DNA of 40,522 nt from assembly GCA_902797385.1 (NCBI GenBank), contig CADBSR010000045.1, positions 1-40,522 of the forward strand, given 5' to 3'. Below are positions 28,253 to 36,200 of this stretch, piece by piece. Source of the DNA: an uncultured Lachnospiraceae bacterium. GTDB taxonomy: Bacteria; Bacillota; Clostridia; Lachnospirales; Lachnospiraceae. Within the stretch, counting starts at the first letter, position 1. Every line of letters starts with the position of its first letter. The position numbers and the translations under genes were made by a program. The notes under the pieces were generated by a model that had not been told where the DNA came from, did no database searches, and saw only the letters and a list, made by a program, of their open reading frames with translations.

Positions 28253-29599
28253 ATGAAATACGAAGATTTTAAAAACCGGGTCATTGCCGAAGCGAAGGCA
28301 CAGGGACTGACGGATTATGAACTGTATTATACGGCTTCCGAAAGTGTCAGTGTGGATACTTTCCGCCATGAGATCAATGAATTTTCGGCCTCCAACGAAG
28401 GCGGTGTCTGCTTCCGGGCCCTGGTCGGCGATCAGATGGGCTATGCCTCCACGGAGGATCTGAGTGAGGAGGAAGCGGTCGCCATTGTCAGACGAGCTGC
28501 AGAAAATGCGACTGTTCTGGAATCGGCGGAAAAGGTGTTTCTGGGCGAAGCCGGCGGTCAGTATGAACAAACAAGTGCCAAGCCCTATCCCCTGCCGGCA
28601 CCGGAGGAACTGGTAAAGGCAGCTCTGGCTGGTCAGGAGATCGCTTATCAGGCAGATCCCCTCGTTATCGACGGAACGGCTACCAATCTGATCAATGCCC
28701 GGGACAGCGTTGCCATTTACAACTCGAGAGGTCTGGACCTGCACTGTGAAAATTCGGCGACGATGCTTGTCAGCTCTGCCGTTGTCAGCAACGGGAAGGA
28801 GATGAACAACGCCTATGAAATGAAATCCGGCGCACTCTCCGAACTGAACATGAAGGAGATCATTGAAAAAGCGGTAAAGGATGCCAAAATGAAGCTTGGC
28901 GCAGGTGTTGCACCGACCGGCGCTTATCCGGTCGTTTTCGCGCCGAAGGCCATGGCGACACTGCTGGCTACCTTTTCCTCTGCTTTTTCCGCAGAAGCAG
29001 CGCAGAAGGGCCTTTCTCCGCTTCAGGGGAAAGAGGGCAGTGTGATCGCGGCGCCTTGTGTGACCCTGATCGATGATCCTTTCTACCCGGAGAATCCGAT
29101 GCAGCGGCCGTTTGACGCCGAAGGCATGCCGAGCTGCCGCAAGGAAGTGATCTGCAAGGGCGAACTGACCACGCTTCTTCATAACCTGAAGACGGCGGCG
29201 GTGGCCGGTGTCAAAACCACAGGGAATGCTTCCAAGCGCGGTTACGCAGCGACTGTCGGTGTCAGCCCCTTCACCTTCGTGCTGGAGCCGGGATCCCTGA
29301 CGGAAGAAGAGCTTCTGGCTAAGGCGGACCATGGCGTTTACATCGATTCGCTGCAGGGCACGCATGCCGGCGCCAATCCGATTTCCGGCGATTTCTCTCT
29401 TCAAAGCGGCGGTTTTATGATCGAAAACGGTGCCAAGACCGAAGCGGTCAAGGCTTTTACGGTGGCAGGCAACTTCTATGAGATGCTGAAACATGTGGAA
29501 GCCCTCAGCAAGGAGGCAAAACTGAGCGGGATGGGCGGTGTGACAGCCTTTGCAGCCCCCGCCGTTCTGGTAAGCGGTCTGAGCATCGCTGGCAAATAA
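28253..29599 (+). CDS. pmbA: PmbA/TldE-family protein (partner of TldD)
   Basis: 448 aa and paralogous to the preceding gene. It lacks the HExxxH motif, and its C-terminus ...GANPISGDFSLQSGGFMIENG... is typical of PmbA. Confidence 0.85.
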   Translation: MKYEDFKNRVIAEAKAQGLTDYELYYTASESVSVDTFRHEINEFSASNEGGVCFRALVGDQMGYASTEDLSEEEAVAIVRRAAENATVLESAEKVFLGEAGGQYEQTSAKPYPLPAPEELVKAALAGQEIAYQADPLVIDGTATNLINARDSVAIYNSRGLDLHCENSATMLVSSAVVSNGKEMNNAYEMKSGALSELNMKEIIEKAVKDAKMKLGAGVAPTGAYPVVFAPKAMATLLATFSSAFSAEAAQKGLSPLQGKEGSVIAAPCVTLIDDPFYPENPMQRPFDAEGMPSCRKEVICKGELTTLLHNLKTAAVAGVKTTGNASKRGYAATVGVSPFTFVLEPGSLTEEELLAKADHGVYIDSLQGTHAGANPISGDFSLQSGGFMIENGAKTEAVKAFTVAGNFYEMLKHVEALSKEAKLSGMGGVTAFAAPAVLVSGLSIAGK

Positions 29600-29713
29600 G
29601 CGAACCGGAAGAGAAACGTATATCATCAAAAAAGGGATCCCTCGGGGCGCACTCCGTAAGGATGTTGCCCCGAGACGGCCGTTGTATCTGAATTAATTGT
29701 TTTTCGTTGAGAT

Positions 29714-29747
29714 ATCGGTGTAACGCGCATGGTTACACCGATTTTTT
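29714..29747 (+). terminator. rho-independent terminator downstream of pmbA
   Basis: An 11-bp stem pairs ATCGGTGTAAC (29714-29724) with GTTACACCGAT (29732-29742). It has a 7-nt loop and is followed by TTTTT. Confidence 0.7.
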
Positions 29748-30006
29748 GCTTCTTGACATGCTTGTAAAGCGGTGCTCCCTTATGATCGACCGATCCACAG
29801 GTCGGAGGCCGTGGATCGGGATTTTGTGGGGCAAAATCCGATGCTCGCTATTTCTTAGGACAATTCTTATGGAATGTCTTTCTGTGTATGTTTCCTGTTG
29901 CATTATTCCTATCACCTCAATCAAACTTGGCTATCATCAACACAATACATGAAGATATACACTCTGCCTCAGCGCTGTTATGCTATGAAAATATGTTGAC
30001 AAGCAT

Positions 30007-30036
30007 ATGATAGAACACATGTTCGATTGATGTCAA
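30007..30036 (-). promoter_or_regulatory. candidate LexA-repressed (SOS) promoter: TTGACA-N18-TATCAT with a Cheo-box-like operator in the spacer
   Basis: The minus strand reads TTGACA tcaatCGAACATGTGTTC TATCAT. The -35 is rc of 30031-30036 and the -10 is rc of 30007-30012. The box CGAACATGTGTTCT is rc of 30012-30025 and fits the Firmicutes LexA consensus CGAAC-N4-GTTCG. Confidence 0.35.
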
Positions 30037-30238
30037 GAGGGTTTCCATTAATTTTGTGGAAACACTCGAATGCAAAACCAACTTGTTGAAAATGATTTGA
30101 TTATTTTGAAGATTAATTCTGATGGCTCAACGGTCACCTATTTATTAATTATCATCCCTGCTGAAAGACTGCTTGATTTAAACTAAACGATAAGAAAACC
30201 TTTTTTTATCAAATATCCGTTCGAAAAGGAAAAATGTA

Positions 30239-30267
30239 TTGACTAAATAGAGGAGGTTCCATATAAT
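30239..30267 (+). promoter_or_regulatory. near-consensus sigma-A promoter of the four-gene cassette
   Basis: TTGACT (30239-30244), a 17-nt spacer, then TATAAT (30262-30267). An A-rich tract (GAAAAGGAAAAATG) sits immediately upstream. Confidence 0.6.
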
Positions 30268-30368
30268 ATACTATACAGACAGCCGTAAGGAACAGCTGCG
30301 CTCAGAAATTAGCAAAGCTATGTCTTTTACGAGCCGTGTCTGTAATAAAAGACTGGAGGAATCTGCAA

Positions 30369-30869
30369 ATGAAACAATTTAGAAAAACAGCAGCCGTTTT
30401 CCTGTGTCTGTCTGTGCTTATCTTTTCTGTCTACGTACCTGTACGCGCAGAGAATGAGACACCTTATTTCTATTCCGGCGCAGCAACAGCCGGGTATTGG
30501 AAAACAGAAGGGTCACACACCGTGAGCAGTTTGACGCTGCCGAGCCTTTATGGCGGAGATGTTGGCATAAATTTCTTTTACAATGCCGTCGGGCTACAGT
30601 CCTCGTTTGTTTACACGTCAAGCCGAACAGTCGATATTACATTCTATAACGAGGATCTAATCTGCGCACATCATTATCGTGGGTATTTTGGACTGACAAA
30701 TAATTATTATCGCCCGATAAGCTATAGTACGGTACATGCCTATTCCAGCCTTATATCCAGTACGTCTTCAGCTGATATGCACCTTGTATTCCAGGTTGGT
30801 ACAATTAGCGGGGACTTATCGGCTTCGGTCAAAATCGGCCTTCTAAAATATAAATTCTGGGCCTATTAA
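30369..30869 (+). CDS. small secreted protein of unknown family (Tyr/Ser/Gly/Thr-rich mature part of about 137 aa)
   Basis: Start set to ATG 30369, with GGAGGA 8 nt upstream. It has a Sec-type signal peptide MKQFRKTAAVFLCLSVLIFSVYVPVRA|ENE. The mature part has a single Cys and many aromatic residues, and ends ...LLKYKFWAY. Confidence 0.65.
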   Translation: MKQFRKTAAVFLCLSVLIFSVYVPVRAENETPYFYSGAATAGYWKTEGSHTVSSLTLPSLYGGDVGINFFYNAVGLQSSFVYTSSRTVDITFYNEDLICAHHYRGYFGLTNNYYRPISYSTVHAYSSLISSTSSADMHLVFQVGTISGDLSASVKIGLLKYKFWAY

Positions 30870-30886
30870 AAGTATTCGTTATGACA

Positions 30887-30915
30887 AATGGGGCAGAAGC
30901 GCATTCTGCCCCATT
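30887..30915 (+). promoter_or_regulatory. 12-bp intra-operon hairpin after the small secreted-protein gene (possible partial terminator or RNA stabiliser)
   Basis: AATGGGGCAGAA (30887-30898) pairs with TTCTGCCCCATT (30904-30915), with a 5-nt loop. There is no clean U-tract beyond the stem. Confidence 0.4.
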
Positions 30916-30941
30916 CAGACTTATGAAAGGAGGTCTGTTCG

Positions 30942-31949
30942 ATGACGCAAAAAACGGGATATACCGGCAGATTTTTGGCCTTTATGCTCAGCCTTTGTCT
31001 TCTTTGTACATCATGTCAGTCTCATACAGAGTTGGATGGTTCAGACAGTCCTTCTTCAGGAACAGGCAGTCCTTCTTCACAAACAAGCGTTGCCTCCTCG
31101 CAGGAGAGCAAGCCTGTTGTTGTTGCCTTTCAGCGGAAAATTGCCCATATAATGTGTGATGACGGATGGTGTTTCCAATTTGTGGAGGAAAAAAATAAAC
31201 CAGGTCTTATGGAGGACCATAGAGCATGCGTGTTCCTTGGGTTCAACCTTCGCTACCGCTATGATGAAGACTACGCCATTACGGAAGAGCTGATGGATGG
31301 CAACAAACTGATTGCTATTGAAACCTATCTCCCCAGCGGTATGATCTGGCAGGAAGGCCCGGAATCTCATAAGCGAGATTCTGCTATTATTCATGATTTT
31401 TTTGAACTTTCTGAAGAAGAAATGCTTCAGGCAGACCCGAAGGACTATAGCTTCGAAGCTTTGGATAAGGATATGTTCTTCGAGCTGGTGCATACGGCCC
31501 TTGAGGGCGATCCGGAGGAGGTAGGCTCTTTTGAATATCTTACCACGCTTCCTTCTTTTGCGATGACAGCAGAGCCTGAATATCTGGATGGTTATAAGAT
31601 TCAGATCGGATACATAGAGCCGATGGGAAACATCGATGAATTGTTTATTGATATCTGCTATCAAACGGGCGATGCCTATCACGATTATGTCCAGCTTTCC
31701 GATATGGTTGAGGATGGCTCTGCGAGTCCTGAACAGGCGGAAGCCTACCGAAAACTGAAGGAGATCGAGCGCGCGATCGTCGAACATAACCAGTTGAACT
31801 ATGGAGCAGAATCATACCGGACGCTTGAACTGGGCGGCATCCAGTTTGAACGACTTGCCACTTATTTGGAAAACCTTCATCAGGGGAAGTATGAAGGATA
31901 TCTTGGCGAAATGATCGAGCTGAGTCTTGAGTGGATGATTCCGCGGTAA
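30942..31949 (+). CDS. acidic probable lipoprotein of unknown family
   Basis: 335 aa, with AAAGGAGG 8 nt upstream of the ATG. The signal peptide ends ...LCLLCTS|C (a non-canonical lipobox) and is followed by a Ser/Gly/Pro-rich linker. The remainder is strongly Asp/Glu-rich. Confidence 0.65.
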   Translation: MTQKTGYTGRFLAFMLSLCLLCTSCQSHTELDGSDSPSSGTGSPSSQTSVASSQESKPVVVAFQRKIAHIMCDDGWCFQFVEEKNKPGLMEDHRACVFLGFNLRYRYDEDYAITEELMDGNKLIAIETYLPSGMIWQEGPESHKRDSAIIHDFFELSEEEMLQADPKDYSFEALDKDMFFELVHTALEGDPEEVGSFEYLTTLPSFAMTAEPEYLDGYKIQIGYIEPMGNIDELFIDICYQTGDAYHDYVQLSDMVEDGSASPEQAEAYRKLKEIERAIVEHNQLNYGAESYRTLELGGIQFERLATYLENLHQGKYEGYLGEMIELSLEWMIPR

Positions 31950-31959
31950 AAACATCAAT

Positions 31960-33948
31960 ATGATCGAATTCAGCCACGTCACAAAACATTACGGCAGTGA
32001 GTGCGTTCTGCGGGAGAGAAACGACCATTTCGGTGATCACGGCTTTTTTCTCCTTCTGGGAGAAAGCGGCAGCGGGAAAACCACCTTTTTGAATGTTCTT
32101 TTTGGCCTGCTTCCTTTCGATGCCGGCACCATTACGGTAGACGGTGTGACTTACAACGGACAGGTGGACCGGGAGACGATCTCGCAGAAGGCGGATTATA
32201 TCACGCAGGATCCGTTCTTTGTGGACTTTCTTACAGCAGAGGACAATCTTCGCATGGTTTGTGATGACCGGGAAGCGATCCGTGCAGAAGCCAGACGATT
32301 CGGCCTGGAGCCCTGCCTTGATCAGCTTCCCGCAACGCTTTCCGGAGGGGAGCAGCAGCGTCTGGCGGTGATACGCTCTCTGCTGCGCGGGAAAAAGATC
32401 CTGCTTCTGGATGAACCAACCGCTGCATTGGATGCGGAAAATAAGAAAAAACTGTTCGGGTTCCTGGCATCGCTGAAGGATCAGGCCTTGATCCTCTGTG
32501 CGTCGCATGACCAGGTCGCATCAGACTATGCGGATGCGGTCGTATCCTTTGATAAAGGAGGGAACCGGGATGAGGAGGCTGAAGCAGGAACCGAAAACGG
32601 TACCTGTGCCGGTGAGCTCCCGGCAGAGACTTTGGCTTCGGAACTGCCCCGGAAGGAGGCGGCAAATTCCCGTGGTGTTGCTGAGAAGGATCCCCGGCCG
32701 TGGCTGAGGCGCTGGTTCCGCAGTACCGGACTCGGAGGCATGCTGGGCAAAGCTGTTCTGATCCTTTTTCTCCTTACAGCATCTATCCTGTATATTTATG
32801 CGGATACGCCGAAGCACAAAATGGACAGTGTCAATGCATATGTTTATCATTTGACATTCGTTGAAGTCATAACGGATAATTACCATGACTGGGATGAGTT
32901 GTGCCCCTCCTGGGAAGACGTGCGGAAGGTGGTTCTGGATTACCGGCAGACCTGCCCGGATGGCAACGAGAACACGGGGTTTGAGGTTGGAGTGCCGGGT
33001 ACAGGCCCGGATTATGAATTGGATTTTGCCCTGACCGTTCCTTTTGAGGCGGAATACTTCCCCCTTGCGAAGCGGATTGTATACGGAACCTATTTTACCG
33101 GAGAGAATCAAATCATCCTGACATGGGAAGCCGCGAAGCTCCTGCGGCCGTACAAGCCTGAAAGGCTGATCGGAGAGACGCTTCAGAAGACATTTTACGG
33201 ACTGGGAACACTGGATATGGAGGTCGTAGGGATCCTGGGAGAGCTAAGTGAAGAAGAAAAATGGACTCTGGATCAGTTTGGAACAAGCAGGGGCATCTAT
33301 GATCACTATTATTTTATCAATTCGAAGCTGACGGATCGTTTGGCGGCAGATCCGAGCTTTTATTATAGGACAAGAGCCAACGGAAGACGGCATTATAACA
33401 TATATTTCGATTCCTACTTTGATGCGCAGCGCTATTATAAGCGTTATCTGCCGGAAGCGGGAACCGGGGCGGACTATACGCTTCAATTTGTATCCAGTCC
33501 GAATTTAGAGCTCTATCAGGACTTTCAGGGGACCTTCCCGGTTCTGATGCCGCTGTCGATTCTGGTCAGTGTCCTTGCATTGCTTTTCTATCTGCAACTC
33601 AGGAAAATGGAATATGATCACCGACATCGCTTTATTTCTGCCTTCGAATACGACGGTTACAATAAAAAGCGCGTCATACGGGATTTCCTACTGCTGAATA
33701 TCCGCAGCCTTTTGCGATGCATTCTGGCTGCCGCAGGCAGCGCGCTGCTGATAACGGCAGCGGTGAATAGGCTCAACGCGCAGCACCATTGGGTGCCGTA
33801 TCTTATCTTCAGCTATAATCTTCCCTTGCTGCTTGCCTATTTTATAGGAATGCTGTTGTTCGGGGCTCTATTTACCTGGCTTTTCTACCGAAAAGTCCGT
33901 GTAATGTCCTGGTATGAGGATCTGATTGATACCAGAGATCTGCTCTGA
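31960..33948 (+). CDS. fused ABC ATPase plus FtsX/MacB-type permease (paralog 1)
   Basis: 662 aa. It has Walker A GESGSGKTT, signature LSGGEQQR, Walker B ILLLDEPTAALD and H-loop ASHD. These are followed by TM1, an extracytoplasmic domain of about 270 aa and three C-terminal TM helices (MacB topology). Confidence 0.8.
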   Translation: MIEFSHVTKHYGSECVLRERNDHFGDHGFFLLLGESGSGKTTFLNVLFGLLPFDAGTITVDGVTYNGQVDRETISQKADYITQDPFFVDFLTAEDNLRMVCDDREAIRAEARRFGLEPCLDQLPATLSGGEQQRLAVIRSLLRGKKILLLDEPTAALDAENKKKLFGFLASLKDQALILCASHDQVASDYADAVVSFDKGGNRDEEAEAGTENGTCAGELPAETLASELPRKEAANSRGVAEKDPRPWLRRWFRSTGLGGMLGKAVLILFLLTASILYIYADTPKHKMDSVNAYVYHLTFVEVITDNYHDWDELCPSWEDVRKVVLDYRQTCPDGNENTGFEVGVPGTGPDYELDFALTVPFEAEYFPLAKRIVYGTYFTGENQIILTWEAAKLLRPYKPERLIGETLQKTFYGLGTLDMEVVGILGELSEEEKWTLDQFGTSRGIYDHYYFINSKLTDRLAADPSFYYRTRANGRRHYNIYFDSYFDAQRYYKRYLPEAGTGADYTLQFVSSPNLELYQDFQGTFPVLMPLSILVSVLALLFYLQLRKMEYDHRHRFISAFEYDGYNKKRVIRDFLLLNIRSLLRCILAAAGSALLITAAVNRLNAQHHWVPYLIFSYNLPLLLAYFIGMLLFGALFTWLFYRKVRVMSWYEDLIDTRDLL

Positions 33949-33963
33949 AAAGGGAGGCCGCGT

Positions 33964-35814
33964 ATGGAATTTCGTGCAGTTCATATTGGTAAGTCGTACG
34001 GAGACAGGATGGTCCTGAAGGATGTTTCCTACCACTTTTGCGAGGGACGGCTCTATGTAATCAAGGGCGTATCCGGCTGTGGAAAAACAACGTTCCTCAA
34101 TATTCTCGGAGGGATCGAAAAGGAGCATGAGGGCGAGGTCGTCTTTGATCAGCCGGAGGCGAGCGGCCAGATCCGCATCGGGTATCTGTTTCAAAAAAGT
34201 CTGCTGCTTTCTTCCCTGACAGTGGAAGAGAATCTGAGGCTGATTTGCTCAGACGCGGAGAAGATTTATGCCCTCTGCGACATGTGCGGCGTGAGCAGGC
34301 TGCTTGCCCGCAGGCCGGAACAGCTGTCTGGCGGGGAGAGACAGCGTATTTCTGTTGTACGCGCCCTGCTGACGGATCCTCAGCTGCTGCTTTGTGATGA
34401 GCCGACAGCTTCACTGGACGGGGTGAATTCGGAGAAGATTGCAGCTCTGATTGCGGAGCAGAAACAGGCAGGGCGCATCATCATTGTGGCAACGCACGAT
34501 CACTGTTTCGATGCGCTTGCCGATGAAATCCTGCAGCTGGACTATGGCACACTACTGCCTGCGAAAGAGAATGATCATGCATTGCAGGAACTGTTGCCGG
34601 AGCCGCAAAAGAGCGGAGATACGTTTCCTCCGGAAGAGCCTGCGGCTGCAGAAGGTGCGAAGGCTCCAGGGGGCAGGATGAATAAACCGTATGGCCTGAA
34701 TCCTTTCCGCTATGTGCTTCGGCGCCGTCCCGGACTTTTTTCGTTCGGATCTCTTTTTGCCCTTGTATTCGGTTTATTGCTTGTTATTCTGACCAGTACA
34801 GTTCGCACGAACTTCAGCCGGGAATACCAACGTATCCTTTTGCGCGGATATCCGACAGATTTGGTGATTTACTATAGATTTAATCTGGCTACTTTCCCTG
34901 AACAGTACCGCAGTATCATTACTTTTTATAAGGACCTTCATGCCTCAGAGGACAATGTGGAAGCGATGTACCTGCCAGTGCGAAAAGCAAGCGTCCTGAT
35001 CATAGAGGGGATGATTCCCTATGGAAGATTCCCGAATCGGGCGGATGAGGTCCTGGCAAGTCCGGAATACGCAGAGGCTAAATTCCCTGGAATGGATTTC
35101 AATGAGGTGGTTGGACAGAAGATCCGCTTCTGCGGGCTGGATCTAACGATTTCCGGTGTGATGGTGCCGGATACGGACAAAGAGCTCCAAATCAATTACC
35201 ATAATGATGTTTATTATCATACCTGGTACCGTCATCGGACGACTCGCGAGATCCTACTGATCCCCTATGAGACTTTGGAAAAGATCGGGACAGATGAGGA
35301 TAATAGTTTTCAGGTTGCCTATGTCCCCAACCTGGCGGAAGATGCGGTTATGCTGCAGGCGTTTATGGATTTTCTCAAATCAAACCCGAATCAGTACTAT
35401 TCCGAAATGCGGAAGGCGGAGCGGCAGGTGGAGCGGGTCAGCGGGAATATCACAAAGCTTATGACCATGACGGTCGGAATCATCTGCGCGTTCATGATTG
35501 CGGTGGTTTCGGCAGATCTTTCTTACCGGCGGCGCGAACTCGGTTATCTGCAGATCTTCGGCGTTCCGAAAAAAACGGTGGTGAAACTGGTCTTTACGGA
35601 ATATCTGATGAGAGTGCTGGCCTCCCTGATTCTGGCTGTAGTGATCGGGCTGCTTCTTATTACTGCCTATCGTCTGATTTTCGGAGCCTGGCTCTTCCCG
35701 GAAGCACGGTATACAACAAGAATGTGTCTGGGGATCGTTGCGGCTTTTCTGCTGACAGTCTTCGCCGCGATCAGGCTGTTTTTACGCCGTAGTATCATGC
35801 GCCTGATCCACTGA
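33964..35814 (+). CDS. fused ABC ATPase plus FtsX/MacB-type permease (paralog 2)
   Basis: 616 aa, with AAGGGAGG 6 nt upstream of the ATG. It has Walker A GVSGCGKTT, signature LSGGERQR, Walker [13 protein letters not shown] and H-loop ATHD. These are followed by TM1, an extracytoplasmic domain of about 230 aa, the FtsX junction ...RRRELGYLQIFGVPKK... and three TM helices. Confidence 0.8.
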   Translation: MEFRAVHIGKSYGDRMVLKDVSYHFCEGRLYVIKGVSGCGKTTFLNILGGIEKEHEGEVVFDQPEASGQIRIGYLFQKSLLLSSLTVEENLRLICSDAEKIYALCDMCGVSRLLARRPEQLSGGERQRISVVRALLTDPQLLLCDEPTASLDGVNSEKIAALIAEQKQAGRIIIVATHDHCFDALADEILQLDYGTLLPAKENDHALQELLPEPQKSGDTFPPEEPAAAEGAKAPGGRMNKPYGLNPFRYVLRRRPGLFSFGSLFALVFGLLLVILTSTVRTNFSREYQRILLRGYPTDLVIYYRFNLATFPEQYRSIITFYKDLHASEDNVEAMYLPVRKASVLIIEGMIPYGRFPNRADEVLASPEYAEAKFPGMDFNEVVGQKIRFCGLDLTISGVMVPDTDKELQINYHNDVYYHTWYRHRTTREILLIPYETLEKIGTDEDNSFQVAYVPNLAEDAVMLQAFMDFLKSNPNQYYSEMRKAERQVERVSGNITKLMTMTVGIICAFMIAVVSADLSYRRRELGYLQIFGVPKKTVVKLVFTEYLMRVLASLILAVVIGLLLITAYRLIFGAWLFPEARYTTRMCLGIVAAFLLTVFAAIRLFLRRSIMRLIH

Positions 35815-35984
35815 AAATGAGTTACTTTTCCCGAGTTACCCACCTTCAGGAAGCGGAATCGCCGGAGCCTCCTTTCTGGTCTTGTATGGTTCTGGGTAGT
35901 TCAGTTCATGTCAAATGAGATCTGCGATCTCCAAAAACTATCGAACGCACGTTTGACTTCGATCCCCCTATGCTCCACGAAATA

Positions 35985-36012
35985 AAAGGTCAGCCGTATT
36001 GCTGGCCTTTTT
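35985..36012 (+). terminator. rho-independent terminator closing the cassette
   Basis: AAAGGTCAGC (35985-35994) pairs with GCTGGCCTTT (36001-36010), including one G-U pair. It has a 6-nt loop and a T-run through 36012. Confidence 0.55.
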
Positions 36013-36200
36013 GTTACTTAATTGCGAAACTAACGTCCGGTTTGCAGAAGTAAAACTCATATGGGAGGCTTTCATCTATGTCTTCTCCAAAGGTTCGTGA
36101 TAGATGGGCAGAAAGAGATAGGCCTATTATACCGTCGGTCACATTCATGGTCTTTACGTTAAAAATGAGATATATTTTTATAAATATTACGTAAATTATG

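Noticed and set aside
29641-29674. CTCGGGGC...GCCCCGAG hairpin just after pmbA, considered as a terminator (either strand).
   Set aside because: There is no U-tract directly after the stem on the plus strand. On the minus strand the T6 run is separated from the stem by 7 nt. The 29714-29747 hairpin is the better terminator.
29707-29952. 81-aa plus-strand ORF in the A/T-rich spacer.
   Set aside because: It starts inside the pmbA terminator hairpin, has no SD, and its translation is Cys/Leu/Ile-rich and nonsensical. The overlapping minus-strand small ORF is discussed only as a low-confidence possibility under the SOS-promoter finding.
30070-30186. 38-codon plus-strand ORF (MQNQLVENDLIILKINSDGSTVTYLLIIIPAERLLDLN) downstream of the LexA-like box.
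   Set aside because: It has no recognisable SD and no good plus-strand -10 for the TTGACA at 29996. It cannot be supported from sequence alone.
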